Source of the DNA: an uncultured Sphingomonadaceae bacterium
Lineage (GTDB): Bacteria > Pseudomonadota > Alphaproteobacteria > Sphingomonadales > Sphingomonadaceae
Length of the DNA: 64,000 nucleotides
Assembly (NCBI GenBank): GCA_937996655.1
Contig: CALKUK010000015.1
Location: 198,740 to 262,739, forward strand
Reading direction: 5' to 3'
Below, piece after piece: positions 27,581-38,263 of the stretch. Each line of letters begins with the position of its first letter. The stretch's first letter is position 1. Made by a program: the position numbers and the translations under genes. Below the pieces are notes generated by a model. That model ran no database searches. It had not been told where the DNA came from and worked only from the letters and a program-made list of their open reading frames with translations.

Positions 27581-29107
27581 CTATTTCGGGGTCGGGGCGG
27601 AAAGTTCAACCCCAGAATGCGAATCCGTGGATTTGGCAATGGCATAAAGTCGAGAGGACGGCCCGGCGTAAACGAGGTTAAGCCAGTTTTTCGCCTCAGG
27701 CGGCGCTTCGGCCTCCCAGATCCAGACATAGTCAAAGCGGTCGCGAGGGACGAAGCGCATGAACCGGCGGACCCGAAAACCGGGGCAGCCATAGGCCGGG
27801 TTGAACAAATCCACCGTGCGCGAGTCGTTGAACCCGTAAACCGCATTGTAGATCGGCTGCATCAGATGCTGGCCCGGAATGTCCCATTCCGTATTCACAA
27901 AGGCATGGCGGCGGACAATGGCGAGGCTGGCGGCATGGTTGCGCCCGGCCAGCGGCCAGACACCGCATTCCGTGCTGTGGGAGAGAACCACGATCCGGGC
28001 GCCCATGGGCACATGGTTGAGCGCGGCCAGATCCTGCTCCAACTCCGTCCCCCGGCTATACCAGCCATAGGTCGTCTCCCCCACGCGGATGAGAAACAGG
28101 CTGGCCCCGGCCAAGGCGACATAGGCGCTTGTCTTTGGCGTCAGATTGGACACGGCAAGCAGCGCAATCATGAGCAGCGGCGCATAGAGCCGCACGTCTG
28201 CGAAATAAGAGCTCAGCACGGTCGCGGGCAGGGCGATCGCCATCACCAGCAGCGCACCTGCCGCCAGCGCCATGCCGCGGTGGCGCGTGAAACGGCGATC
28301 GGCCAGCAGCCACAATGTCACCAGCAGGACGAACGCCACACAGGCCAGATCGAACTCCCGCCATTCCGCGCGCAGCAGATTGCGCAGGCCGCCGAGCTTT
28401 TCTCCGGGCCACCAATGTTGCGCCAGCACGCCGCCGCCCTTTGTCACGCGCCAGATGAGCATCGGCAAAAGCGGTGCCGCCCAAGGCAGCATAGACAGGC
28501 AGAAGCGGACAAAGGACTTCCGCTCCACAAAGCCAAGCCCGGCAATGATCAGGCCCAGCACACCCCAGGCCGATGTGTGGCACAGCCAGACAAGAAGCGC
28601 GGCGAAAAAGGCATAGATACCACGCCACACCGTCGGCGCGTCCCGCAGATCGACCCAGATCGCGACCACATGGAGAACGAGTGCCATGCCCAGCCACCAA
28701 TTGATGAAGCCGTGGTGGAAGGTGAAGGTCCAGACAAGCAGGATCGCCACATAGGCCGGCGCCTGAACCCGGCCATACAGCGCCCGTGACAGCCGGTAGA
28801 TGCCCCAGACCATGATGGGCGGGATGAGCGCAGCGATGAGATAGGCGGCCTTTTCCGTGCCCAGAAGCGGCCCGAGCAGGACCATCAGCAAATCCGCCCC
28901 TAGATTGCCGGTGATATGCCAATCAAAGGCGTAATATTGGCTGAGCCAGGGGTCACCCGGATGGTTCATCACATGGTAGCGGCCGATATGGCTGAACAGA
29001 TCCGGCATGATAGGGATCGGCGCCACCATGAAAGGCAACGCCGAGGCAAGAGCCAGAAACAGCCAGACGACCCGCTCTAGCGCGGGACGGTTCCCCAAGA
29101 ATGACAT
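27581..29107 (-). CDS. Polytopic membrane protein, probable GT-C-fold glycosyltransferase
   Basis: About 10-12 hydrophobic segments, a first loop [13 protein letters not shown] and a soluble C-terminal domain; directly downstream of a GT2 gene. Start taken at 29107. Confidence 0.6.
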   Translation of the reverse strand: MSFLGNRPALERVVWLFLALASALPFMVAPIPIMPDLFSHIGRYHVMNHPGDPWLSQYYAFDWHITGNLGADLLMVLLGPLLGTEKAAYLIAALIPPIMVWGIYRLSRALYGRVQAPAYVAILLVWTFTFHHGFINWWLGMALVLHVVAIWVDLRDAPTVWRGIYAFFAALLVWLCHTSAWGVLGLIIAGLGFVERKSFVRFCLSMLPWAAPLLPMLIWRVTKGGGVLAQHWWPGEKLGGLRNLLRAEWREFDLACVAFVLLVTLWLLADRRFTRHRGMALAAGALLVMAIALPATVLSSYFADVRLYAPLLMIALLAVSNLTPKTSAYVALAGASLFLIRVGETTYGWYSRGTELEQDLAALNHVPMGARIVVLSHSTECGVWPLAGRNHAASLAIVRRHAFVNTEWDIPGQHLMQPIYNAVYGFNDSRTVDLFNPAYGCPGFRVRRFMRFVPRDRFDYVWIWEAEAPPEAKNWLNLVYAGPSSRLYAIAKSTDSHSGVELSAPTPK

Positions 29108-29117
29108 TGTTTGCGCC

Positions 29118-30044
29118 CTACACAGGGTGGGCAAGATAAGCCAGCCGTCGCATTTCACGACGCCCGCGCACGACAGTATCCAGAATCAGGCCGCAAAATC
29201 CGTTGAGGAAGGCCAAAAGCATGATCCCCATGGCGAGCACCGCTGTCGGCAGGCGCGGCACAAGGCCAGTTTTGAGGAAGGTCACGAACAAAGGAATGCT
29301 GATCCCGATCGCAATAAGGGCGAGCACGGCGCCGATGATGCCAAAAAAGGCGAGCGGTTTTTCAATGCGGAACAGGGTCAGGATCGTACGCAGGATACGC
29401 CATCCGTCGCGGTAGGTGCTGAGCTTTGATTCCGATCCTTCGGGCCGCGCCGCATAGGCCGTCACGCGTTCTGCCACCGGCATCCGCAGCTCAAGCGCAT
29501 GAACGCTGATCTCCGTCTCAATCTCAAACCCTTCGGACAGAACGGGGAAGCTCTTCACAAAGCGTCGGGAAAAGACCCGGTAGCCCGACAGAATATCGGT
29601 GAAGCTGCGACCGAACAGCCAAGCAAGCATGCCGGTAAGCATCGCATTGCCAAGCCGGTGGCCGCGCCTGTAGGCCGCCTCAACCTCGGACTTGCGCGCG
29701 CCCACAACCATGTCGAGCTGGTCGCTGACCAGCAGGTCGATCAGGCCCTGCGCGGCAGCGGCCTCATAGGTCGCATCGCCATCGGCCATCACATAAATAT
29801 CCGCCTCCACATCGGCGAACATGCGGCGCACGACATTGCCTTTGCCCTGCATCCGTTCCGTCCGGACGATCGCACCTGCCGCTGCGGCGACCTCCACCGT
29901 CTTGTCGGTCGAATTGTTGTCATAGACGTAGATCGCGGCCTGCGGCAGCGCTGCACGAAAATCGGCGACCGTTTGTCCAATGGCCGCTGCTTCATTGTAG
30001 CACGGCAGAAGAACGGCGACCCGTGGCTGTGTTATGGCGTTCAT
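29118..30044 (-). CDS. GT2 glycosyltransferase, polyprenol-phosphate-sugar synthase (GtrB/DPM1)-like
   Basis: VLLPCYNE, VYDNNSTD, GKGNVVR, DGD.TY, TD.LSGYR, GFEIETE and two C-terminal TM helices. Confidence 0.9.
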   Translation of the reverse strand: MNAITQPRVAVLLPCYNEAAAIGQTVADFRAALPQAAIYVYDNNSTDKTVEVAAAAGAIVRTERMQGKGNVVRRMFADVEADIYVMADGDATYEAAAAQGLIDLLVSDQLDMVVGARKSEVEAAYRRGHRLGNAMLTGMLAWLFGRSFTDILSGYRVFSRRFVKSFPVLSEGFEIETEISVHALELRMPVAERVTAYAARPEGSESKLSTYRDGWRILRTILTLFRIEKPLAFFGIIGAVLALIAIGISIPLFVTFLKTGLVPRLPTAVLAMGIMLLAFLNGFCGLILDTVVRGRREMRRLAYLAHPV

Positions 30045-30080
30045 GCGCGTCCCCCTAGCCCCACATCCAGCAAAATTCGA

Positions 30081-31034
30081 TTAATTTCGTGCCAGCCGCG
30101 CCGCGATCCACGCCGAAACGGTCAGCTGCAACTGGTGATAGAGCATGAGCGGGATGACAATCATCCCTGCCTGCGCCGCCGGAAAGAGGATGCGGGCCAT
30201 TGGAGCCCCAGTCGCAAGGCTTTTCTGTGCACCCGAAAAGAGCAAGGTGATGCGGTCCTCCCGTGCGAGGCCAAGCATGCCGCCCAAGGTCCACGCCCCA
30301 GCCAGTGCGAGGCCCAGCAGAACACAGACCACGGCAAAAAGGCGCAGCATCTCTCCCCCGTCCAACCACGACCACAGGCCATCAACCACGGCCGCGCTGA
30401 AGGCGACATAGACGGTGATGAGGATGGTCGTCCGATCGAGCCGCCCGATCCAGCTGCGGTTGCGCTCCGCCCAGGCCGCCAACCAGTGCCGCGCCACCTG
30501 CCCCAGGGCAAAGGGCAGCAACAGCAATGCAGCGATCCGGCCGATGGTAGAAAGGTCCCCTCCGCCGCCACCGATATGAGCCAATGCGGCAAAGATAAGA
30601 GGTGTCAAAATGACACCCGACAGGTTGGACAGCGCCGCTGCGATCACCGACGCGGCGACATTGCCCCGCGCCATGGAGGATGCTGCAATCGCGGACTGCA
30701 CCGTTGAAGGCAGCGCACACAGGAACAGGACGCCCAGCCATAATTCAGCCGACAGGAGGTCCGGCACCAGTGCCGACGCCGTCAGGCCAAGCAGCGGCAA
30801 GGCGACGAACCCGAAGGCCAGCACGGCCAGTTGCAGCCGCCAATGCTTCAGCCCCGCCCAAACCGCCTCGTGCGCGAGCCGCAGGCCGTGAAAGAAAAAC
30901 AGGCTGAAAATCGCGATATTGGCGATGGCCGAGACAACCGACACCCCCCTGCCCTGCGCCGGAAACAGCGTCGCGATGCCAATCGTGGCGAGCAGAAGGA
31001 GGATGAACTTGTCGGGAATGAGACGGGCCAGCAT
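30081..31034 (-). CDS. Bile acid:sodium symporter family (SBF-like) transporter
   Basis: FFFHGLRL, LPSTVQSAIA...ARGNVAA and QKSLATG.PMA. Confidence 0.9.
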   Translation of the reverse strand: MLARLIPDKFILLLLATIGIATLFPAQGRGVSVVSAIANIAIFSLFFFHGLRLAHEAVWAGLKHWRLQLAVLAFGFVALPLLGLTASALVPDLLSAELWLGVLFLCALPSTVQSAIAASSMARGNVAASVIAAALSNLSGVILTPLIFAALAHIGGGGGDLSTIGRIAALLLLPFALGQVARHWLAAWAERNRSWIGRLDRTTILITVYVAFSAAVVDGLWSWLDGGEMLRLFAVVCVLLGLALAGAWTLGGMLGLAREDRITLLFSGAQKSLATGAPMARILFPAAQAGMIVIPLMLYHQLQLTVSAWIAARLARN

Positions 31035-31119
31035 GAGCCCGCCCTAGCTTAGCTTGCCGCAACGCACAAATTCAGCTAGGGGCGCGGGCGAAACCATTCC
31101 TCAAAAAACCGGAATACCC

Positions 31120-32940
31120 ATGAGCCTCCGCAATGTGGCCATCATCGCACACGTCGATCATGGCAAGACGACCCTTGTTGACCAGCTGTTCCGCCAGTCG
31201 GGCACCTTCCGCGACAACCAGCGCATCGAAGAACGTGCGATGGATTCGAACGACCTCGAAAAGGAGCGTGGGATCACCATTCTGGCCAAGTGCACCTCGG
31301 TCGAATGGGAAGGCACGCGCATCAACATCGTCGATACGCCCGGCCACGCCGACTTTGGCGGCGAGGTGGAACGCATCCTCTCCATGGTCGACGGCGTTAT
31401 CCTGCTCGTGGATTCGTCCGAAGGCGCGATGCCGCAGACGAAGTTCGTGACCGGCAAGGCGCTGGCCCTCGGCCTGCGTCCCATCGTCGTCGTCAACAAG
31501 GTCGACCGTCCTGATGAACGCATTCAGGAAGTGCTCGACGAAGTGTTCGATCTGTTCGTTTCGCTTGAAGCGACGGACGAGCAGCTCGACTTCCCTGTGC
31601 TCTATGCTTCGGGCCGCAACGGCTATGCCTCGCTCGACCACACGGCACGTGAAGGCACGCTGACCCCGATGTTTGAAACCATCGTGCGCCACGTACCGGA
31701 ACCCAAGGCCAATGAAGATGGCCCGTTCAAGTTCCTCGTCACGCTGCTCGACCGCGACAACTTCCTTGGTCGCATCCTCACCGGCCGCGTCGACAGCGGC
31801 ACGGTCAAGACCAACATGGCCATCCATGCGCTCGACCCCGATGGCAAAGTCATCGAACAGGGCCGCGCGTCGAAGATCCTCGCCTTCCGCGGACTGGAAC
31901 GTGTGCCGGTTGAAGAAGCCAAGGCAGGCGACATCATTTCCATCGCCGGCATGACGACCGCAACGGTGGCGAACACGATCTGCGACATTGCCGTCACTGA
32001 TCCGATTGCGGCCCAGCCCATCGATCCGCCGACATTGTCCATGCGCTTTGCTGTGAACGATTCGCCAATGGCGGGCCGCGAAGGCACCAAGGTGACGAGC
32101 CGCATGATCCGCGACCGCCTGTTCCGTGAATCGGAATCGAACGTCGCCATCAAGGTGACCGAAAGCGCCGACAAGGACTCTTACGAAGTCGCCGGTCGCG
32201 GTGAACTTCAGCTGGGCGTGCTTATCGAAACGATGCGCCGCGAAGGCTTTGAACTCGGCATCAGCCGCCCGCGCGTGCTGTTCCGTGAAGATGAGCAGGG
32301 CAACAAGACCGAACCCTATGAAACTGTCGTCATCGACGTGGATGATGAGTTCTCGGGCTCGGTCATCGACAAGATGAACATGCGCAAGGCGGAAATGACC
32401 GACATGCGCCCCTCCGGCGGCGGCAAGACGCGCATCACCTTCTCCGCCCCGTCACGCGGTCTCATCGGCTATCACGGTGAATTCCTGTCCGACACGCGCG
32501 GCACGGGGATCATGAACCGGCTGTTTGAGAAGTACGGTCCGCACAAGGGCAAGATCGAAGGCCGCAAGAACGGTGTGCTGATCTCCAACGGTGCCGGTGA
32601 AGCCAATTCCTATGCACTGGGTCCGCTCGAAGAGCGTGGCATCCTGTTCGTGGGCCATGGCGAAACGCTGTATGAAGGCATGATCGTGGGTGAAAACGCC
32701 AAGACGGATGACCTTGAAGTCAACCCGATGAAGGCCAAGCAGCTCACCAACTTCCGCGCTTCGGGCGGCAAGGATGATGCGATCCGCCTCACGCCCCCGA
32801 CCCGCATGACGCTGGAACAGGCGATTGCCTATATCGACGAAGACGAGCTGGTCGAAGTGACACCCAAGAGCATCCGTCTGCGCAAGGTCCATCTGGACCC
32901 GCATGAACGCAAAAAGGCGAGCCGCGCAAAAGCGGCCTAA
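31120..32940 (+). CDS. typA: Translational GTPase TypA/BipA
   Basis: [35 protein letters not shown] and GRGELQL. Start at 31120. Confidence 0.99.
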   Translation: MSLRNVAIIAHVDHGKTTLVDQLFRQSGTFRDNQRIEERAMDSNDLEKERGITILAKCTSVEWEGTRINIVDTPGHADFGGEVERILSMVDGVILLVDSSEGAMPQTKFVTGKALALGLRPIVVVNKVDRPDERIQEVLDEVFDLFVSLEATDEQLDFPVLYASGRNGYASLDHTAREGTLTPMFETIVRHVPEPKANEDGPFKFLVTLLDRDNFLGRILTGRVDSGTVKTNMAIHALDPDGKVIEQGRASKILAFRGLERVPVEEAKAGDIISIAGMTTATVANTICDIAVTDPIAAQPIDPPTLSMRFAVNDSPMAGREGTKVTSRMIRDRLFRESESNVAIKVTESADKDSYEVAGRGELQLGVLIETMRREGFELGISRPRVLFREDEQGNKTEPYETVVIDVDDEFSGSVIDKMNMRKAEMTDMRPSGGGKTRITFSAPSRGLIGYHGEFLSDTRGTGIMNRLFEKYGPHKGKIEGRKNGVLISNGAGEANSYALGPLEERGILFVGHGETLYEGMIVGENAKTDDLEVNPMKAKQLTNFRASGGKDDAIRLTPPTRMTLEQAIAYIDEDELVEVTPKSIRLRKVHLDPHERKKASRAKAA

Positions 32941-32954
32941 GCCAAAGACATTGG

Positions 32955-32986
32955 AAAAGGGGCGCCCAACCGGCGCCCCTTTTTTT
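32955..32986 (+). terminator. Rho-independent terminator of typA
   Basis: aaaaggggcgcc-caacc-ggcgcccctttttt. Confidence 0.92.
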
Positions 32987-33078
32987 GTCCGGGCTTTGCC
33001 TCTTCATGCATTTGCATGATGAGGCTTGCCCTTCAGCGGCCTACATCTCTCCCAACGATACAATCGAGAGGAGAATGC

Positions 33079-33975
33079 ATGTCCTTTGCGCTTCAGCCGC
33101 TGCCATCCCCCGTCGGACGCGAAGTCGTCGGGCTCGATATTTCTGCCGACATCGCGCCGCAGACTGCCAAAGCGCTGCATGCGGCATGGCTTGAGCATGG
33201 TTTTCTGCTGTTTCGCGGTATTGGCACCTCGCCCGAGGCCCAGTTGCGCCTCAGCCGCTGCTTTGGCGAACTGGAGCCCCATTCCATCCCGGTCTTCCGG
33301 CATCCGGATTATCCCGAGCTCATCCTTTTGACCAATGAGGGCGGCCCGTCGGGTCCGATCTATGATTTTGATGGCCAACATATTCACGGTCGCATTCCTT
33401 GGCATGCGGACGGGGCCTATCTGACCACACCCAATTCCGGCGCTTTGCTGCGCATGGTCCGCAAAGCCGAGGATGGAGGACAAACTGGCTGGCTCGACCT
33501 CGCCCTCGCCTATGACGAACTCGACGCCGACACCAAGGCGGAGATTGCCGAGCTAAAGGCCGTCTATCATTTCCGGGCGGGTCTAGAGGAGATGCGGTTC
33601 AACAAACCCGGCGGCGTGCGGATCACGCCGCGTAAAGACAATTACCCCCATTTCCCGCCGGTGTTGAACCCGCTCGTCTGGGTTCATCCGGAAACGCAGC
33701 GCAAGGTGCTGAATGTCAGCACGCTCAACATCGACCATATCCACGGTAGGACAGCAGCGGATGGCGATGCTCTCATCGAACGGCTGATCGCGCATATTCT
33801 GCAGCCGCAGTTTCAGTATATCCATGATTGGAATAACAACGACATGGTCGTCTGGGACAACCGCCGGACGCTGCATACAGCCCTCGGCCACCCCGCCGAC
33901 CAGATCCGCGTCGTCCACCGGACCACCATCAAAGGCGACATCCAGATGGGCCAAATACTTGAGAATGCGGCATGA
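33079..33975 (+). CDS. TauD/TfdA-family Fe(II)/2-oxoglutarate dioxygenase
   Basis: PWHADG (HxD) and WDNRRTLH; AGGAG RBS before 33079. Confidence 0.9.
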   Translation: MSFALQPLPSPVGREVVGLDISADIAPQTAKALHAAWLEHGFLLFRGIGTSPEAQLRLSRCFGELEPHSIPVFRHPDYPELILLTNEGGPSGPIYDFDGQHIHGRIPWHADGAYLTTPNSGALLRMVRKAEDGGQTGWLDLALAYDELDADTKAEIAELKAVYHFRAGLEEMRFNKPGGVRITPRKDNYPHFPPVLNPLVWVHPETQRKVLNVSTLNIDHIHGRTAADGDALIERLIAHILQPQFQYIHDWNNNDMVVWDNRRTLHTALGHPADQIRVVHRTTIKGDIQMGQILENAA

Positions 33976-35675
33976 GCGCCTTTGATATCGTCATCCGCAA
34001 TGGGTCTGTCGTCGACGGCACAGGAGCGGCCCCCTTCCCAGCCGATGTCGGCGTGCGTGGCGGGCTGATCGCGGCTATTGGTTCCGGTCTCGCAGCAGGC
34101 AAAGAAGAAATCGATGCGACGGGCCAGATCGTCACGCCCGGCTTTGTCGACATCCACACCCATTATGACGGGCAAGTCACATGGGAAAACCGCCTGACAC
34201 CATCGTCTTATCATGGCGTGACGACCGCGGTGATCGGCAATTGCGGCGTCGGCTTTGCGCCATGCCGTGAGGCGGATCGCGACGTGCTGGTGCGCCTGAT
34301 GGAAGGGGTGGAGGACATTCCCTATCCTGTGTTGACCGAAGGCCTGCCGTGGACATGGACGAGCTTCCCAGAGTTTCTCGATCTGATCGCGTCAAAATCC
34401 TATGACATGGACGTCGCTGCCTATGTCCCGCACGCGGCATTGCGCGTTTATGTGATGGGGCAGCGCGGCGCCGACCGGGAACCGGCGACGCAAGCCGATA
34501 TTGCAGAGATGTGCCGTCTACTGGGCGAGGCGCTGGATGCCGGTGCACTGGGCATCGCCACGTCCCGTACCATTTTCCATCGCTCCAGCGACGGGCGATC
34601 CATCCCAACACTCAACGCCAGCGATGCAGAGCTCGTCGCGCTCGCTGGCGTGCTTCGTGAAAAGGGCAAGGGCGTTTTCCAGATCGTTGAGGATCTGCAC
34701 ATGCCAGGTGCCTCGCTTGCTCCCTTACGCGTCATTGCGCAGGCGGCTGGTCGTCCCCTTACCTTTTCCATCGGTGCGGGAAATTCGGGCCCCTATGTCT
34801 GGCCGTCTCTTTTGGAACAGCTTGCGCAGGCCAATCGCGACGGCTTGATGATGAAGGGACAGTTGATGCCCCGCGCCATCGGGATGATCCTTGGTTTTGA
34901 ACTGACGCTCAACCCCTTTTACACAACGGCGACCTATCGCAACCTGTCGGCGCTGCCCCTATCGGAACGCCTTGCCGAACTGCGCAAGCCCGCCGTCCGG
35001 GAAGCGATTCTGGCCGAGCCGGTGGACCCTGATCCCGCACTCGTCTTGGGCCGGATGGTCCGCGATTTTGATACCATGTTCGTGCTGGGCTCGCCGCCCG
35101 ACTACGAACAGCCTGCCGACCACAGCATCGCCGCCATGGCACGCGCCAAGGGAGTTACCCCCGAAGTTCTGGCTTATGACATCATGTCGGACGGCAGCGA
35201 TGGCGGAAAACTCTATCTCGCCATGGCCAATTTTTCCGAAGGCAGTCTCGATACGGTCGGCCAAATTCTGGGCCACCCCGACGTCGTGCTGGGTCTCGGC
35301 GATGGCGGCGCGCATGTGGGCACTATTTGCGACGCCAGCTATTCTACCTTTGCGCTGATGCATTGGGTGCGGGACCGAAAGACGGGGCGTAAGACCGTGC
35401 AGGACATTGTCCACCGCATGACCGGCGCCACAGCGGACATCATCGGGTTAAGCGACCGCGGGCGGATTGCCGAAGGGCTGCGCGCAGACCTCAATGTGAT
35501 CCAACTGGACGCCCTCTCGCTTGGGGAGCCCGAGGTTCACTATACGCTACCTTCCGGCGGGCGGCGGCTCATTCAGCGGGCTTCCGGCTACACCGCAACC
35601 GTGCTCCGAGGGGAGGTTGTTAGTCGCCGGGATGAACCGACGGGCAAGCTTCCTGGGCGGCTTGTGCGGATTTAA
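33972..35675 (+). CDS. N-acyl-D-amino-acid deacylase-like amidohydrolase
   Basis: [37 protein letters not shown]; ATGA overlap with the TauD gene. Confidence 0.88.
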   Translation: MSAFDIVIRNGSVVDGTGAAPFPADVGVRGGLIAAIGSGLAAGKEEIDATGQIVTPGFVDIHTHYDGQVTWENRLTPSSYHGVTTAVIGNCGVGFAPCREADRDVLVRLMEGVEDIPYPVLTEGLPWTWTSFPEFLDLIASKSYDMDVAAYVPHAALRVYVMGQRGADREPATQADIAEMCRLLGEALDAGALGIATSRTIFHRSSDGRSIPTLNASDAELVALAGVLREKGKGVFQIVEDLHMPGASLAPLRVIAQAAGRPLTFSIGAGNSGPYVWPSLLEQLAQANRDGLMMKGQLMPRAIGMILGFELTLNPFYTTATYRNLSALPLSERLAELRKPAVREAILAEPVDPDPALVLGRMVRDFDTMFVLGSPPDYEQPADHSIAAMARAKGVTPEVLAYDIMSDGSDGGKLYLAMANFSEGSLDTVGQILGHPDVVLGLGDGGAHVGTICDASYSTFALMHWVRDRKTGRKTVQDIVHRMTGATADIIGLSDRGRIAEGLRADLNVIQLDALSLGEPEVHYTLPSGGRRLIQRASGYTATVLRGEVVSRRDEPTGKLPGRLVRI

Positions 35676-35687
35676 CGCCCCAAATGT

Positions 35688-36791
35688 CTAGCGGGCGGCA
35701 GCCCGTTGGGAGCCCCCTTGGCTTGCCGCTGAACTGAGCAGCAAGCGCACAAGGTCTCCCTGCCGGTTGATGCCTGTCTTGGCAAAGACGGACTGGAGCT
35801 GCGACCGCGCTGTATTGCGGCTGACGCCAAGCGCGACGGCGGCTTCGTCAAGTCCTTCTCCGTCGGCCAATCGGGTCGCCAGCCGCGCTTCCGCCGGGCT
35901 TAACCCGAACAATCGTTCAAGGTCTGCCACAGATAACATGGCGGGCAAGGCCGGGTCCCGCAGGACAATCACAGCAGTGCGCTTGAGCGGCGCACTGACT
36001 GGACCAAAAGGCGGGCCGGGGCGGATAATAAGCGTCAGGGGTTGGGCACGGTCCGGATCAGGGAGTGCAAGCGGCACGTAACAGCCTGGGTCTGCAATGG
36101 TAGATTGGAGGCGGGCCATTTCGGCAATCGCCTCCAGCAACTGGCGCGTCGCTTGCACTGTCCGCGCGCGCAAGGTGCCGTCACGCACAAGAAGTGGCCC
36201 CTCCGCTGTCATCAGCTGATGGGCCACGGCATTGGCACTCAGGACGTGCCCATTGGCTTCCACCAGCAGCGTGCCAGTGCCGCTCGCTTCAATGACATAT
36301 TCTGCAACCCGCCGCTTGCGCTCCGCATCGCCCAAAAGCTCATAGAGGGGGAGCACACGCGCAAGCATGGCCGACAGACGATTTAAACAGGCGGCTGTGG
36401 ACGCGGCCTCCATCGTGCCGCATTGGACGACCAGCCAGATGCTGCGCGCGTCCTGCAATGCCACGCGCAGCGCACATGCCTGCCCAGCCGCCATCGGCAC
36501 CTCCGACGCTACAGCCAAAGGCAGCGCCCGCAGGGCATCGATGGACAATGCCGCTTCAATCCGTGTGGCGTCCGCCGGATCAGGGGCAACGATCGCAGTC
36601 AGATCAGTTGTCAGGCTTGAACCCTGAACCACCAGAAACGCCTCGCGCGCACGGCAGTATCGCGCCAAGTCTTTGAGGAAGCGCGACCAGATGGGTCGAT
36701 CTGTCAAACCGTCAAAAAGGAGATCTTCCAACACGCGCTCTGTTGCTGCGTCGAACAGATCATCCCCGAGAACAGCAGCGGCCTTCGTCAT
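35688..36791 (-). CDS. LuxR-type HTH regulator with a PAS-like sensor region
   Basis: C-terminal FGLSPAEARLA..L..G.....AA..LGVSRNTARSQLQSVFAKTGINRQGDLV. Confidence 0.9.
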   Translation of the reverse strand: MTKAAAVLGDDLFDAATERVLEDLLFDGLTDRPIWSRFLKDLARYCRAREAFLVVQGSSLTTDLTAIVAPDPADATRIEAALSIDALRALPLAVASEVPMAAGQACALRVALQDARSIWLVVQCGTMEAASTAACLNRLSAMLARVLPLYELLGDAERKRRVAEYVIEASGTGTLLVEANGHVLSANAVAHQLMTAEGPLLVRDGTLRARTVQATRQLLEAIAEMARLQSTIADPGCYVPLALPDPDRAQPLTLIIRPGPPFGPVSAPLKRTAVIVLRDPALPAMLSVADLERLFGLSPAEARLATRLADGEGLDEAAVALGVSRNTARSQLQSVFAKTGINRQGDLVRLLLSSAASQGGSQRAAAR

Positions 36792-36886
36792 GCTGCCAGC
36801 CTAGGCGCTGGCGCCAGATCACACAACGACCCCTATCGGCGGAAACGGGTGGCATATCGACGGTCCTGCTCCTACATTTCCACATT

Positions 36887-37705
36887 ATGCGCCTCCCAAC
36901 CTATTTCATCAGCCATGGCGGCGGACCCTGGCCTTACCTTGATGGCCCATTCCGCCAAGCCTTTGACGTTCTGGAACAGTCGCTTATCGCGATCCGGAAA
37001 GAATTGAAGGAGGCGCCACGCGCCGTCCTGATGGTGTCGAGTCATTGGGAAGAAAAAGGCTTCGCCATTTCCTCAGGGACCACGCCGGGCATGGTCTATG
37101 ACTATTTTGGCTTTCCAGAGCATACCTACCACATCCGCTATGCAGCCCCCGGAGCGCCGGATGTGGCGGCGCGGGTGAAGGACCTGCTGGACGCAGGCGG
37201 CCTCCATGCGCGGCTCGACCCGGAACGCGGTTTTGACCATGGGACCTTCAGCATCATGAAGCCGATGTATCCGGAAGAGGCGATGCCCATCGTTCAGCTG
37301 TCCATCGACCCCGGCTATGGCCCCGCGCTGCATCTGCAGCTTGGCCGCCTTCTGGCGCCGCTGCGCGATGAAGGGGTACTCATCATCGGCAGTGGGCTGA
37401 CCTACCATAATCTCGCCGAATTGCGTGGTGGTGGGCGGGCGGTAGAGGCCTCCCGCGCGTTCGACGCCTGGTTGCAGCACACCGTCATTGCGTCCTCCCC
37501 GGAAGACCGCACGGCCGGTCTGATCGCTTGGGCACAGGCCCCCATGGCCCGCGCCGCCCATCCGCAGGAAGATCACCTCATTCCGTTGATGACCGTGGTC
37601 GGCGCGGCGGAAGACGAAGCGGGGGAGACGGTTTACCACCAGTCCGATCTGTTTGGCGGAGTCACCGCCTCTAGCTTCCGGTTCGGCGCGCTGCCGCCTG
37701 CATGA
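36887..37705 (+). CDS. Class III extradiol dioxygenase (DODA/YgiD/LigB-like)
   Basis: FISHGGGP, YDYFGFP, RGFDHG, GSGLTYHNL and AHPQEDHL.PL. Start at 36887. Confidence 0.9.
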   Translation: MRLPTYFISHGGGPWPYLDGPFRQAFDVLEQSLIAIRKELKEAPRAVLMVSSHWEEKGFAISSGTTPGMVYDYFGFPEHTYHIRYAAPGAPDVAARVKDLLDAGGLHARLDPERGFDHGTFSIMKPMYPEEAMPIVQLSIDPGYGPALHLQLGRLLAPLRDEGVLIIGSGLTYHNLAELRGGGRAVEASRAFDAWLQHTVIASSPEDRTAGLIAWAQAPMARAAHPQEDHLIPLMTVVGAAEDEAGETVYHQSDLFGGVTASSFRFGALPPA

Positions 37706-38163
37706 CGGCCATGATCCAAATCCTGATTGATGCCGACGCCTGTCCCGTAAAGGACGAAACCTACCGGGTCGCCGCCCGCTATGACGCGCCTGTCACCGTC
37801 GTCAGCAACAGCCCGATCCGCGTGCCGATTACGCCGCTCATCTCCCGCAAGATCGTGAGCGACGCTTTCGATGCCGCCGATGACTGGATTGTGGAGCACA
37901 CAGCAACCGGCACGGTCGTCATCACCGGAGACATCTTGCTGGCGGACCGCTGCCTGAAACTGGGCGCCGTCGTGATCGCGCCTAATGGAAAGCCCTTCAC
38001 CGACGCGTCCATCGGCAATGCTGTGGCCGTGCGCGCCATCATGGCGGACCTGCGGGCCGGTGCTGGCATCACCGGCGGCCCAGCGCCCTTTTCCAACACA
38101 GACCGATCACGCTTCCTCTCAAGCCTTGATCAGGCGCTCGTCAAATTGCGGCGGCAGGGCTGA
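37702..38163 (+). CDS. YaiI/YqxD-family protein
   Basis: ILIDADACPVK, DAADDWI, VITGDILLA. Confidence 0.92.
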   Translation: MTAMIQILIDADACPVKDETYRVAARYDAPVTVVSNSPIRVPITPLISRKIVSDAFDAADDWIVEHTATGTVVITGDILLADRCLKLGAVVIAPNGKPFTDASIGNAVAVRAIMADLRAGAGITGGPAPFSNTDRSRFLSSLDQALVKLRRQG

Positions 38164-38263
38164 GGAATTGCCGCGCCGCACGGATCGGCATTGACGACAT
38201 GCCGCGCTTGGCGGCAAAGGCGCGGGAGGGCGGTTTGCGCTCATATAAAGGCCCTATTCCTTC

